Positions 52,828 to 63,169 of a DNA stretch of 64,000 nucleotides are shown piece after piece (position 1 is the first letter of the stretch; each line of letters starts with the position of its first letter). A program made the position numbers and the translations under genes. The notes under the pieces were generated by a model. It searched no databases. It had not been told where the DNA came from and saw only the letters and a program-made list of their open reading frames with translations. The stretch is from sequence record MZ422438.1, one strand, 5' to 3'.

Positions 52828-52875
52828 CTATTAGATAATAAAATTGTTAGGATCATAGAAAAAAAAAAATATAAC

Positions 52876-53352
52876 CTAGATATCTAGGTTATATTTCTTA
52901 ATATAATCTGACCATAAAGAATTAATACTTTCCTTATCTTGAACGCTTATTATGTCTTTTAATTCAATTTTATTATTTTCTTCAAAGTATATATACGATA
53001 ATATACTGGAGATTGCATCATAACCTTGTTCATCCGTATTAATATAAACGTTATCATCATTACCATAATCCATAAATGTATTATATGATCTTTTTGATTT
53101 TATTTGTACTGGTTGATGATTAATTACTACGTCTGTTCCATTCCTATCTAAATATGCAGAACATTCCATCCAAAATTTAATTTTCTTTTTATTAAATATA
53201 TTCTGAACTTTTCCTAGAATTCCCATTACTGCAATTTCTGCATAGTGACCTTCATTAAGCATTGGTGGCAGTTTATCAATACATTTTCCGTTGAATCCTT
53301 CTTTTCTTGCTTGGTTCTTATAATAGTTCAATTCATTTAAATTAATATACAT
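52876..53352 (-). CDS. Putative PD-(D/E)xK nuclease-fold protein
   Basis: GHYAE...DRNGTDVVI...VQIKS pattern. Confidence 0.45.
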   Translation of the reverse strand: MYINLNELNYYKNQARKEGFNGKCIDKLPPMLNEGHYAEIAVMGILGKVQNIFNKKKIKFWMECSAYLDRNGTDVVINHQPVQIKSKRSYNTFMDYGNDDNVYINTDEQGYDAISSILSYIYFEENNKIELKDIISVQDKESINSLWSDYIKKYNLDI

Positions 53353-53391
53353 CGTAATATTCCCCCACTAATCGTATTATTTATAGTATTA

Positions 53392-53616
53392 TTATTTTTT
53401 CACAATTCTTACATTTGGTTCGATAAATTTAATAAAACAAAATTTCATTGATAGCTTTATAATAGTATATGTAGTTGCAATCATAAATACAATATTAATG
53501 AATATATTATTGTCATAGTTCCACAATACTACGTTTGAAGCAATAATTAATAGAATGGTCAGTATTACCGTTATCATAATTGAGATAAAGATCTTGTTTA
53601 CTATACGATTATTCAT
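53392..53616 (-). CDS. Small membrane protein
   Basis: 74 aa with two TM helices. Confidence 0.55.
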   Translation of the reverse strand: MNNRIVNKIFISIMITVILTILLIIASNVVLWNYDNNIFINIVFMIATTYTIIKLSMKFCFIKFIEPNVRIVKK

Positions 53617-53617
53617 A

Positions 53618-54016
53618 TCATTTCCCTACCTTACTTTTACTTTTTATAAACATGTCTACTTTATTACGAGAATCCAAGTATTCAGAGAACTGATCGATGA
53701 AAAGATTTATTGATATGTTATATGTTAAGTATGAGAATGAAATCGATACTAATAAGTCTAGGTAAATATTATTATTTCTAAAACATACTTCATTAATAAA
53801 AAGAAACCATAATGATGACGTAATAATAATATTAAATATTACTTTGGTGATAAGATTTCTAAATAATTTATCACTAGAATAGATACTTAGTATACTTTCC
53901 TCTCTCTCAAAATTAAATATAGCCATTACAGTTCTTAACATATTTTTTCTACTTTTAATTTCGATATTCTTAATTAAAAAGTTGCATAAGAATAACACTG
54001 CTTTATTTATGTACAT
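53618..54016 (-). CDS. Membrane protein
   Basis: 132 aa with hydrophobic segments. Confidence 0.55.
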   Translation of the reverse strand: MYINKAVLFLCNFLIKNIEIKSRKNMLRTVMAIFNFEREESILSIYSSDKLFRNLITKVIFNIIITSSLWFLFINEVCFRNNNIYLDLLVSISFSYLTYNISINLFIDQFSEYLDSRNKVDMFIKSKSKVGK

Positions 54017-54146
54017 TATATAATCAACCCTTCTTTTTTTTATTTAATCATTATTATAATATATCATTAAAACTTGTATTATTACATTTTTTATAAATTA
54101 GAGGGATATGACAAGTTATATGTCATATCCCTCTAATAAATATAAT

Positions 54147-54905
54147 TTATGCTACGTAAATAATATATTCCATTTCAATATTTGTAGATAATCCACTTAA
54201 TGAGATAGAATCAAAAGTCAATCTTGATCCACAACTAATGTTTTCATAAGAGTTTTTAGTTTCATTGTATCTACCTAACCATAAACATAATTCATTGATC
54301 ATTCCACCACGACATTCACTAGGGTCGATAGTTAATGATAGACTATATGAAACTTCTCCAGTAAATGTATTAATATTCCAACCTTTAGAATTACCAAAAG
54401 GTTTTGAATTTGTAGCACCATTAAATCGTTTACCATAATATTTTACAGTACCATCCGGATCAGCTTGTGGTAAATAATATTTCATTTTTTGTTCATCAGT
54501 AAGCTCTTTTACAATAGAGGGATTATCTTGAGTTTCAGTATCATTATCCTTATCAGGGTCTACTGTAATAAAAGGAAATTTTTGAGCTAATCCATTATCA
54601 TTAAATTTTGGAGCAACTGGAGTGAATGGACTAGCATTAATATCCGCCCCTCCTTCTCCTACTGAGAATAGACAGATTGATCTTGCAGGATCATAGACTT
54701 CGTTGTATGTTGATGGATGTTTTTCTTTTAATAATGCTTCCATTACAAATACACGAGTTCTTTGTAAAATTAAATTATCTTGAATATTGATTACTTGTTT
54801 TGTATCTGCATTACGGAAAATAACTTTTCCTCGAATTCCTTTATCTGAATCTGCAGTACCAATATTATCTTCAAAAATTTCTTGAATGTTATTATCTTTA
54901 GACAT
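54147..54905 (-). CDS. Virion structural protein (baseplate/tail-associated)
   Basis: NLILQ...FSVGEGG...INELCLW...SRLTF resembles tail-collar/baseplate proteins; located in a late operon. Confidence 0.5.
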   Translation of the reverse strand: MSKDNNIQEIFEDNIGTADSDKGIRGKVIFRNADTKQVINIQDNLILQRTRVFVMEALLKEKHPSTYNEVYDPARSICLFSVGEGGADINASPFTPVAPKFNDNGLAQKFPFITVDPDKDNDTETQDNPSIVKELTDEQKMKYYLPQADPDGTVKYYGKRFNGATNSKPFGNSKGWNINTFTGEVSYSLSLTIDPSECRGGMINELCLWLGRYNETKNSYENISCGSRLTFDSISLSGLSTNIEMEYIIYVA

Positions 54906-54950
54906 AATGTGGATTACACTTCCTATTCATTTATTTTATAGATATCGATC

Positions 54951-57560
54951 TTAATCATTTGATTTAATAAATAATTTATCACTAAACGTTATATTATCAT
55001 CAAGACGTTTTGTTAAGTTTAAACTATGAGAATCAATTATAGAAATATAATCCCTAAATAGTATTCCACCTATTTTAGTGACATCCATGGTATCAAACAA
55101 TCTTATACTGTTATCCATTTTACTATCAAACTTATAAATAGAACTACTATAAACTGTATCGATAGTATAGGATTTAAATACTTTTATGAGGATATAAATA
55201 TATGATTTTACATAATCAGATAGACCAATCGTATTATTTTGAGTTAAGAAATCATATTCCCCTAGATTTAAATGATTATCAATACTTTCAACAAGTTCAA
55301 ATATTCTTTCACGATATATATCATCTTTACTTAATGAATCAATATCGTATATATTAATATCTACTTCTGTATAGAAATATAAGTTTGGATCATTATCTTT
55401 TAAGTAATCTGTAAACGTATTATATTTTGAGAAAATATCCATATTTAAATCATTTGTAAATTTTTCATTCCATAATTTATTAAACAAACTATATAGTTTA
55501 TAATCATTTGTATTAATAATTGTTTCTTCTAAGTCTTCCCTTAGTTTTTCATTATATCGGTATATTTTTGCGAAGTCATTCATAGTATATCTTCTTTTAT
55601 TATTGACTATTTCATCATATGAACCAAAAACATCTATAAATACCGATAAATTCTTATAGTTTATTAGCTGTTTTCGATAAATATATTCATTGACTGAAAT
55701 AGCTTCATCAATAGCTGAAGGAATCATATCAATAACTTTTCTAAAGTTCTCAATAGTTTTATTTCGATTATATATATCGAAAACGGTACTTAACCTGTTA
55801 ATACCAAGCTTATTTATAAAGTCTCGCATTTCAGACATTATTACCACGTTGTCCATACCAAACTGGAATATCTTATCAGTACTAATATATTTAATATCTA
55901 CCTGATAATTAACAAATCTTGATAGTAATTGTTTCAATAGACTATATTCCGATATTATAGACATTGATATTTTTCTATTTTTATCAAGAAGAATATTCAT
56001 TAAGTATTCTAATCCATCATAAATATTACCATTCTTAATGTGATTTTCTAATTTCTTAGAACCGTTAATACTTTGGATGTATTCTGAAGTGAACTGCATT
56101 TGGTTTTGGTAAACTATTGAAGAATTATACATTGCTACAATACTATCAAAATCTTGGTCTATATCTAAGTCAAATCCTTTCAACTTAAATCGATTTAGAT
56201 AACCCATAATATTTTCCCATTCTCGTACTCTGAATTTTCGTTTATTCCAGAAAAGATATTTTCTTAATGAAATAATAATATCATTTACATTTTTATCAAT
56301 ATCATATCCGTAGGTATGTTCTAAGAATGGAATTTTTCTAATTTTATCAGACCAATTCATTCTTTTTAATACCAGTGTTATTAATGCAACAATAGCATCA
56401 AATATATGAATTTCACTATCAGAGATATTGCGGTTATTAAATTTAAAGTCAATATTCTCAAGATTAACTACTTTTGAAGCTTCTTGATAGGTAATATTAT
56501 TATCACTAGCATATTTATTGATTATTGCTCTATTTTTAATTTCTAGGTCATTTAATAATCCATAAAAGTATGATAATTGTTTCGAATTATTAATCAGATC
56601 AAGAACAATATCGACTGAAATATACTTTGTATTTATAATATTGAATGATTGTTCTAGTATATTTTTCTTTTCAGCTCGCCAATAGGGATCACCTTCAGTA
56701 ATTGCGTCATAATCTACCCTAGGATGAAGCGAAAAATTTAATTCTTCATCAATAGGAACTTTATAGAATTCTAGTGAGTCATCACCGCCTAGATTATTTT
56801 TCTTAGCAAGCATATACCTATTTATCTGTACATTATCAAAAGAGAAAAGATTCTTTATGACATTGAATACATCATTATCTCCCTTGTTACTAATCATTTC
56901 ATTTATGAATCGATAAATTCTTCGTTGATAATTTACTGGAACAGAATCAAAATAATCTAATCCCCATGATATAAATCCATTTTTTAATTTTTTTCTATCA
57001 TAAGTATCAATATTAAAGTATCCTTCCATAGTCTTATTAATATAACGCATTATAGTCATAAATATTAGATATTCTCGATATACTTCACGATTATATGTTT
57101 GATTACTAAATGCTTCAGTAAACGTAACATTTAGGAAATAATTAATCGATTCATAGTAAGCTTCATTAAATAAACTTTTATGCCATTTATCTAATGTATT
57201 ACTAGTTTCTTTAAGTATATAGAAATCTTTTGCTCTTCTTGCTGAAGCATAATCAATATTATATCGATTAAATAAATCTTTATAATAAGGGTTTGATTCA
57301 TTATATCCTTTAATGATATTTGATTTTTCTGATTCTGAAAGTTCCGAATCACTATCATATATAGCACTTAAATATCTACTAGAATTTAATAGTGATGAAG
57401 GAGTTTCATTTGCTTCTGCCAATTGAGTATCCTTAATTACTAGTCCACGAGCATAATTTATAACATCTTTTATTTCATTAATATCCTAGTCTTTAAATGC
57501 ATTATAAAAATAATATGGTGTATATTTTCTTAACATCTCTTCTTTAAATTCATTGACCAA
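54951..57560 (-). CDS. Large virion/baseplate structural protein; N-terminus extends to TTG 57560 across a TAG and a frameshift
   Basis: 823-aa ORF with YQRRIYRFINEMISNKG. The upstream frame stays open to a TAG at 57486-57488; RBS GGTGG and a late promoter lie before 57560. Confidence 0.6.
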
Positions 57561-57597
57561 TTAAAAACGCCACCATTCTATTATTATTTTTATATTA

Positions 57598-57609
57598 TAA
57601 AGAGTTGTT
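57598..57609 (-). promoter_or_regulatory. AR9-type late promoter
   Basis: AACA ACTCTT TA on the minus strand. Confidence 0.5.
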
Positions 57610-57644
57610 CATAAGTTATAATATCTTTTTAGTTTTGATATAGA

Positions 57645-57656
57645 AACAATATACTA
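57645..57656 (+). promoter_or_regulatory. AR9-type late promoter (divergent)
   Basis: AACA ATATAC TA, 32 nt before 57688. Confidence 0.55.
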
Positions 57657-57687
57657 TATATTAAAATAAAGTTAGGGTGATTTATAT

Positions 57688-58312
57688 ATGAATATTAAAA
57701 AAATAAATAAGAATAAAACAGTAAGTAATATTGTATCTATCAGTAAAGATGGAAATATAATTCTTAAGGATAAGAATTATACAAGTGATAATTTTTTAGA
57801 CTCATTCTATATAAAGTCACTGGATAGTAAATCTATGAATAAATTTATAAAAAATATAGAATCATTAATTCGAACATCATTAGAGTATTCTAGATATATT
57901 GGGTATTTATCTACAGTTCAAAATATCAATACAGATGCAATTATGGCAAATATTAATTCTGATGATGCCAGTCTAGAGTTTCATCATTATCCATTTACTC
58001 TTTATGATATTGTAGAAATTGTTATAAATAAAAATATTGCATTACAAGAAAATTTTACATCAATATCTATAGCTAGGGAAGTTTTAAAATTACATTATGA
58101 TAATATGATAGGATTATCTAGAGTCAGTAGAACGGTACATCAATTAGCTCATGCCGGCGAAATTTTTATTCCATTAGATAGTATATTTGGAAGGGTTAAT
58201 GATGTTCGTTAATGATTTTTATGAATATATTTATCAAGAACACATTATTACGTATAATAAGATTATTGAAATTTATAATAATAAGAATTATGATAATGAT
58301 ATAACAAAATAA
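57688..58312 (+). CDS. His-rich HNH-like protein, paralogue of 10792 (apparent +1 frameshift near 58204)
   Basis: LEFHHYPFTLYDIV...IGLSRVSRTVHQLAHAG; the shifted frame continues FVNDFYEYI...DITK* to 58312. Confidence 0.6.
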
Positions 58313-58364
58313 TTTTTAGTTATATATTATAATTAAAATAATAACTATTATAGGTGGCGATTAT

Positions 58365-58994
58365 ATGAAAAAAGGAATAGACGATTATATTAATAAATAT
58401 ATAAGTGATGATCCAGAGACTCAAAAAGAAATAGATCTCATTGTAAGTAAAATAAATGATTTTAATAATAATTGTATTGAATTGATGAATGATGAAAATA
58501 TGATCTGTGAAGAAAATATTATTAATGGTACCATTAATGAAGTTAAAGACATTCTATTAACGTTATCAAATACATTTACATCTGTTTATATGGCGAACAG
58601 AGTTATTGAAAATATTGAATTATTTATAAATGGTGAAAATGACGAAGAGCTTCATGAATATATTTATATAATGCAAGATTCAATTGAAGATTTTGATGAT
58701 ATTCCTTTATATGACAAAACGTTATTGTCTGAAGCGATTAATACCATTCAGCGAGCAGAATTTCTAAATATGATACTCAAAGAAATACATATCTCAATAT
58801 ATTTAGAAAAAACACTGAAATTATTAAACGATATTATGGATTATAATAGTGATAATTTGCCTTATGATATGTCTATAGAAATTAATGCATTACTGATGAG
58901 TTCTGAGTATACATTATCAGTTATATTAAGTCAATTTAATCATATTATAACTAAGTCATATACTAAATATCTAAAGATCGTTGACATTATCTAA
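58365..58994 (+). CDS. Acidic helical hypothetical protein
   Basis: 209 aa; early element at 58322. Confidence 0.7.
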   Translation: MKKGIDDYINKYISDDPETQKEIDLIVSKINDFNNNCIELMNDENMICEENIINGTINEVKDILLTLSNTFTSVYMANRVIENIELFINGENDEELHEYIYIMQDSIEDFDDIPLYDKTLLSEAINTIQRAEFLNMILKEIHISIYLEKTLKLLNDIMDYNSDNLPYDMSIEINALLMSSEYTLSVILSQFNHIITKSYTKYLKIVDII

Positions 58995-59042
58995 TTTTAA
59001 ACCTAATACCATAATTTTATGGTATTAGGTTAATTTTTTTTT

Positions 59043-60323
59043 TTATTTTTTAAGGTTTAAACTACCTAGCACATTTGTTTCTTTATTTCTAATTCTTTCA
59101 TCAACAGTATTTAATAATTTTAAATTACCATAAATTACTACTGCATAGGTTTTATTTTCTTCCGGATTTTTTGTTTTAACAATTAATTTATCAAAATCAA
59201 CAGAATATTCATCTTCTGTAAGCATTCTGTTATTTGCAAATATTTTTACTTCAATACATTTATCCATATTTCCATTATTTTTTTCAATTTCTTTAGCAAC
59301 ACGAATTAGTCCTGAAGACATTATTGATTTAATATCCAATTCATCATATGCTACATTAAAGTCAGGAATAAATTCTGAGAAATATAAGATTTGCTTTTCA
59401 TTAAGAGTTGGAGGTATTAAATCTTTTTGAGTTATAATATTAAACTTAAATGTATCACTATTATCTATTTCTGGAATATCTTTTATAATATTTTCGTTTC
59501 GCATTTCTAAAATAAATGATCCCGGCATCCATAATTCTGCAGTCATTGCATATCGCACTTCAGAATAAGAATTGATTAGATTATTCATTATTTTTTGAGA
59601 ATTTGCTAATTCTGGATATCTTAACATGATATTTGCAGGATACTCGCACATATAGGTAGGATTATTTGTAGACATATTTATTTTTTCTATAATTGGGTTT
59701 AGTGAATGAGATAATAAATATTCACGTAATTTATCTTTATCTTCTTCATTATCAAAATCTAAACCTAATACATTACATATATTCAATATAAATGATAATG
59801 GTATTTCATAAGGTATTCTAATATCATTAAGGTAATTTACTCCGTTATTCTCAAAATTCTGATTTAAGAAATTTAAGTTATTCCAAGCAGAAAGTTCACT
59901 AGGGAGTTTCATGTATATATCAAAACGTAATTTTATCCGATTAGGAATATAAAAAATACGAATATCATTTTCATGATCTTCAAATACCATTTTGTATTCT
60001 TTGTGTTTATTACGATTTTTTATATAATATTGATGAGTAGACCAAAAAGGTAATATATCAATAAATGTATCACCTAACTCAAATTTAGGGGAGATTCCAA
60101 TGTATGGTTTAGGCATATCAGTAAATAACCCTTTACCATTACTAAAATTAGTCGAATTTAATGATTCACCGATATATACCTTTTTAAAATATTTAGGTGG
60201 AAATTTGCTTATAAAATAGTTTGATATGAATGATGATACGCCACTAATAACATTATGTATAGATGGACTAGCAGTACATAATGCTACACTATTATTATAT
60301 TCAGATCTTGCAGGATCTAACAT
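59043..60323 (-). CDS. Virion structural protein (tail/neck-associated); true start probably ATG 60323
   Basis: RBS AAAGGCGTGA and a late promoter (60344-60355) lie inside the 5' end of the track ORF, which supports MLDPARS as the start. Confidence 0.55.
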   Translation of the reverse strand: MLDPARSEYNNSVALCTASPSIHNVISGVSSFISNYFISKFPPKYFKKVYIGESLNSTNFSNGKGLFTDMPKPYIGISPKFELGDTFIDILPFWSTHQYYIKNRNKHKEYKMVFEDHENDIRIFYIPNRIKLRFDIYMKLPSELSAWNNLNFLNQNFENNGVNYLNDIRIPYEIPLSFILNICNVLGLDFDNEEDKDKLREYLLSHSLNPIIEKINMSTNNPTYMCEYPANIMLRYPELANSQKIMNNLINSYSEVRYAMTAELWMPGSFILEMRNENIIKDIPEIDNSDTFKFNIITQKDLIPPTLNEKQILYFSEFIPDFNVAYDELDIKSIMSSGLIRVAKEIEKNNGNMDKCIEVKIFANNRMLTEDEYSVDFDKLIVKTKNPEENKTYAVVIYGNLKLLNTVDERIRNKETNVLGSLNLKK

Positions 60324-60343
60324 AAGAGAATCACGCCTTTCTA

Positions 60344-60355
60344 TATAATGTTGTT
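60344..60355 (-). promoter_or_regulatory. AR9-type late promoter
   Basis: AACA ACATTA TA on the minus strand. Confidence 0.5.
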
Positions 60356-60506
60356 CACAAAACAAAAAACCCCTATTACTATAGTTATATAGTAATAGGG
60401 TAAAAGATCAGAGATTGTGGGATCTCTAAAAGTGTGAAGTACAGAAAGCATATACAATAGGTTAAAAAATAAAAGGTTAAAAAAATCCTATCGTATAATA
60501 TATTAT

Positions 60507-61010
60507 TTAGAAAATTACGCTTAAAAAAATAATATTATCTCTAGGTACTGATGCTCGAATTGTATACATGTTTGAAATGATGAATTTATCAAAGTCGAAA
60601 TCTTCTCCAACAATTTCTTCAAACTCTTCATTTCCTCTAATAAATTTATTAATGATAATAGTAGTTTTATTAATAATTTCGTTAGTCAAGATAACCTGTA
60701 CTTTTTCTACATATTTATTCATGTTTTTATCATCATTTTGATTTTTAACTTCAGGAAAATTTTCATTTTCCGGTTTATTTAGTTTTAATACAAATTCAGG
60801 ATTATCCTTATTAATAAAGATTCTTGAATTATTATCTTTAAAATCAACTTTTTCTGATTCATCAATAATTTTTCTTAATTCATTAACTAAATTTTCTTTA
60901 CCGATAAAACTAATAATGTTATTTCGGATAGCAATTTCTTTTCTGAGTTTAATCAGTTTTTCATCATCAATCATCTCATTTAGTCTTTTCTCATTTTCAT
61001 TATAAATCAT
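60507..61010 (-). CDS. Hypothetical protein
   Basis: 167 aa, coupled to rusA. Confidence 0.65.
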   Translation of the reverse strand: MIYNENEKRLNEMIDDEKLIKLRKEIAIRNNIISFIGKENLVNELRKIIDESEKVDFKDNNSRIFINKDNPEFVLKLNKPENENFPEVKNQNDDKNMNKYVEKVQVILTNEIINKTTIIINKFIRGNEEFEEIVGEDFDFDKFIISNMYTIRASVPRDNIIFLSVIF

Positions 61011-61731
61011 CTTGTATTTTCTTCCCTTCTAATTCCTTTTCAGGATTATATGTTAATTCACTATTAATTTCATTATTTTTAATTTTCATTGCAAGATCTA
61101 ATATGTCATCATCTAGTGTTTTTTTAAGTTCTTTACTTATGCGTATATTTTTTGAATTTGGGTTTTCTTTAAATCTTATTATTAGATTTGTTTCTGGATG
61201 AGTATTATAACGTTTTTCAGATATTAACCGATATACTTGATTATCATCTTTCCATAGTATTTTATTTAATAAGTCCATTAATGTTTTTTGATAATTATCG
61301 ATATCTGGTTTTTTAATTCTTTTTTCCTGATTTGTCAACATTAGATATATTTTATAAAGGCTATTTCCAAACTTTGTTGGAATATTACTAAATATGGATT
61401 CTAATTCTATTGGACCTTCAAAAGCGTTTTCATTAAAAGGTATTTTATTCTTATGAACTGAATTATATTCGTTTATAGATTTAATTAATATTTTTCGAAA
61501 TTCATTTTTATACCCACCTAATGGATCGTATGTGCTACCAATGATATTAAATCTATGTCGTTGATACGGTAATATTTCCCTATCAATATTAATATGTATT
61601 TCATTTTTATCAAATTTAATGATATCTATATTTGCATTTAAGATATACATCTTAAAATTTCTCGATTTTGGTTTTTTAATTTTTATATCCAAAGGTTTTT
61701 CTTCACCATTAGGAATAGGTCTTTTTTTCAT
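61000..61731 (-). CDS. rusA: Holliday junction resolvase, RusA family
   Basis: KKPDIDNYQKTLMDLLNKILWKDDNQV matches the RusA catalytic Asp motif. Confidence 0.85.
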   Translation of the reverse strand: MKKRPIPNGEEKPLDIKIKKPKSRNFKMYILNANIDIIKFDKNEIHINIDREILPYQRHRFNIIGSTYDPLGGYKNEFRKILIKSINEYNSVHKNKIPFNENAFEGPIELESIFSNIPTKFGNSLYKIYLMLTNQEKRIKKPDIDNYQKTLMDLLNKILWKDDNQVYRLISEKRYNTHPETNLIIRFKENPNSKNIRISKELKKTLDDDILDLAMKIKNNEINSELTYNPEKELEGKKIQDDL

Positions 61732-61853
61732 TACTGCTTCTCACCTCCAAAAGTATTAGTATATAAATAATTATTATTCAATAATTATAATTTTTTAAAG
61801 TAAAAATATACTCATATCAATCATTTTAATATATCACGATATATGATAATTAA

Positions 61854-62261
61854 TTAATTGATATGAGTATATAAGTTATATAAAATACTGATGCCATTAT
61901 TAATATTAATGCAGTTACTATATAATATATTAACTGCATTATTTTGCTTTTCAGATCTATTTATTCTAAACGTCATATTCATATGACGTTCTATTTCTTT
62001 AAATAATTTATCCATAAAGTTTTCAATATCAGAAGTAGTTTTCTTAATGGGTTTAATTTCTTTAATTATTTCATTAGTATATTTATTCGTTTCATCTGCT
62101 TGTTCTTTAATTGCATTTAAAACAGCATCAGTTTTCTTCTTATGTGCTTCAAATTCTTCTTTTGTAATATATTTTTCTTTATCAATATATTTATCGTTAT
62201 CTTTTCTTTTAAATATCCTTTTTAGTAGTGCAGTGAACTTTTCCATCATCCTTAAACCCAC
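61854..62261 (-). CDS. Coiled-coil protein (lysis-cassette associated)
   Basis: YITKEEFEAHKKKTD resembles the N-terminus of the neighbouring 62269 protein. Confidence 0.5.
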   Translation of the reverse strand: MGLRMMEKFTALLKRIFKRKDNDKYIDKEKYITKEEFEAHKKKTDAVLNAIKEQADETNKYTNEIIKEIKPIKKTTSDIENFMDKLFKEIERHMNMTFRINRSEKQNNAVNILYSNCININNGISILYNLYTHIN

Positions 62262-62268
62262 CTTATTT

Positions 62269-62730
62269 TTATTTTAATAAAAGGTCGGGTACGATATTAA
62301 TAGCTGAAACAATTATACCACTCAGAGCAGGTAACAATGCTAACCATATTTTATTTCTGCTTTCACTATTATCTAATTTATGACTATGTGATAATTGTGT
62401 TGTTTCAAGATTCCCTATTCGTTCATCTGAAGATTTTGTAAATGAATCTATTTTTGTCCTAGTTTCATTTTTAACTTCCTCGATATTTGAATTAAATCTT
62501 TCACCAAGATCATCAATTTTATTAAAAATTTGACTTGAGAAATCATCAAATTTTTCTTTAATATTATCTACATTTTGACTTATTTTAGCAATCTCTATAT
62601 TTGTATCATTTAGTTTTGTTGAATTTTCATCAGTTTTCTTCTTAATATCTGAAGTAGTTTGATTATAGTTGTCGATAAAAAGTTTAAATTCATTTCTGGA
62701 AACTAGTTCTTTTTCTGAGTTATTTGCCAA
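62269..62730 (-). CDS. XhlA-like coiled-coil protein with a C-terminal TM helix (holin-associated)
   Basis: LVSRNEF...coiled coil...IWLALLPALSGIIVSAINIV. Confidence 0.5.
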   Translation of the reverse strand: MANNSEKELVSRNEFKLFIDNYNQTTSDIKKKTDENSTKLNDTNIEIAKISQNVDNIKEKFDDFSSQIFNKIDDLGERFNSNIEEVKNETRTKIDSFTKSSDERIGNLETTQLSHSHKLDNSESRNKIWLALLPALSGIIVSAINIVPDLLLK

Positions 62731-63164
62731 AACCTCACCCCCCCAGTTATAGTAGCCATACCGTTAAATACCGATATGATTAATAGACGGTTAAAGTTTG
62801 ACTTAATGAGAGTATTTGTATCGTTTACTGCAGAAGCATAAATTATCCATGCTATTGTTGCAAAGAAACATGATATCGCTATTATAATATATCTAGAGGG
62901 TTTCTTATAAGATATAAACGCCGATATAATGAGTAATGAACCAGTAACAACAAAGATATATGACCATATAATTATGGGAAATACCCTATTTAACATAATA
63001 TATGTTTCAGAAGTAAGTAATACACTAGATTCGGCAATATTAAAACTGATTCCCGTACTTAATGATAATAATCCTAATAGGATTAATAGAGATTGTTCCA
63101 TCAAAAGAATATAATTAAATTCATTCATAAATTTTTTAATTATATTTTTCATTATAATAAACAA
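62703..63164 (-). CDS. Multi-TM holin-like membrane protein
   Basis: Four hydrophobic helices; lies next to the XhlA-like gene. Confidence 0.5.
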   Translation of the reverse strand: MFIIMKNIIKKFMNEFNYILLMEQSLLILLGLLSLSTGISFNIAESSVLLTSETYIMLNRVFPIIIWSYIFVVTGSLLIISAFISYKKPSRYIIIAISCFFATIAWIIYASAVNDTNTLIKSNFNRLLIISVFNGMATITGGVRFWQITQKKN

Positions 63165-63169
63165 TCCTT

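Noticed and set aside
57486-57488. Stop-codon reassignment suggested by in-frame TAG/TAA at 57486, ~9847 and 39678
   Set aside because: TAG and TAA end many normal genes here, long ORFs translate well with code 11, and the cases co-occur with other apparent errors.
1141-63114. Short ORFs in the track that overlap real genes (e.g. 1141, 3431, 4412, 4671, 5559, 5868, 7118, 7876, 9566, 10476, 17168, 19704, 20112, 20834, 26098, 28729, 28908, 30081, 33522, 34340, 35728, 36031, 39246, 39454, 39970, 45188, 47891, 49205, 55690, 62047, 62929)
   Set aside because: They are antisense or alternate-frame shadows of longer genes with typical shadow composition and no RBS.
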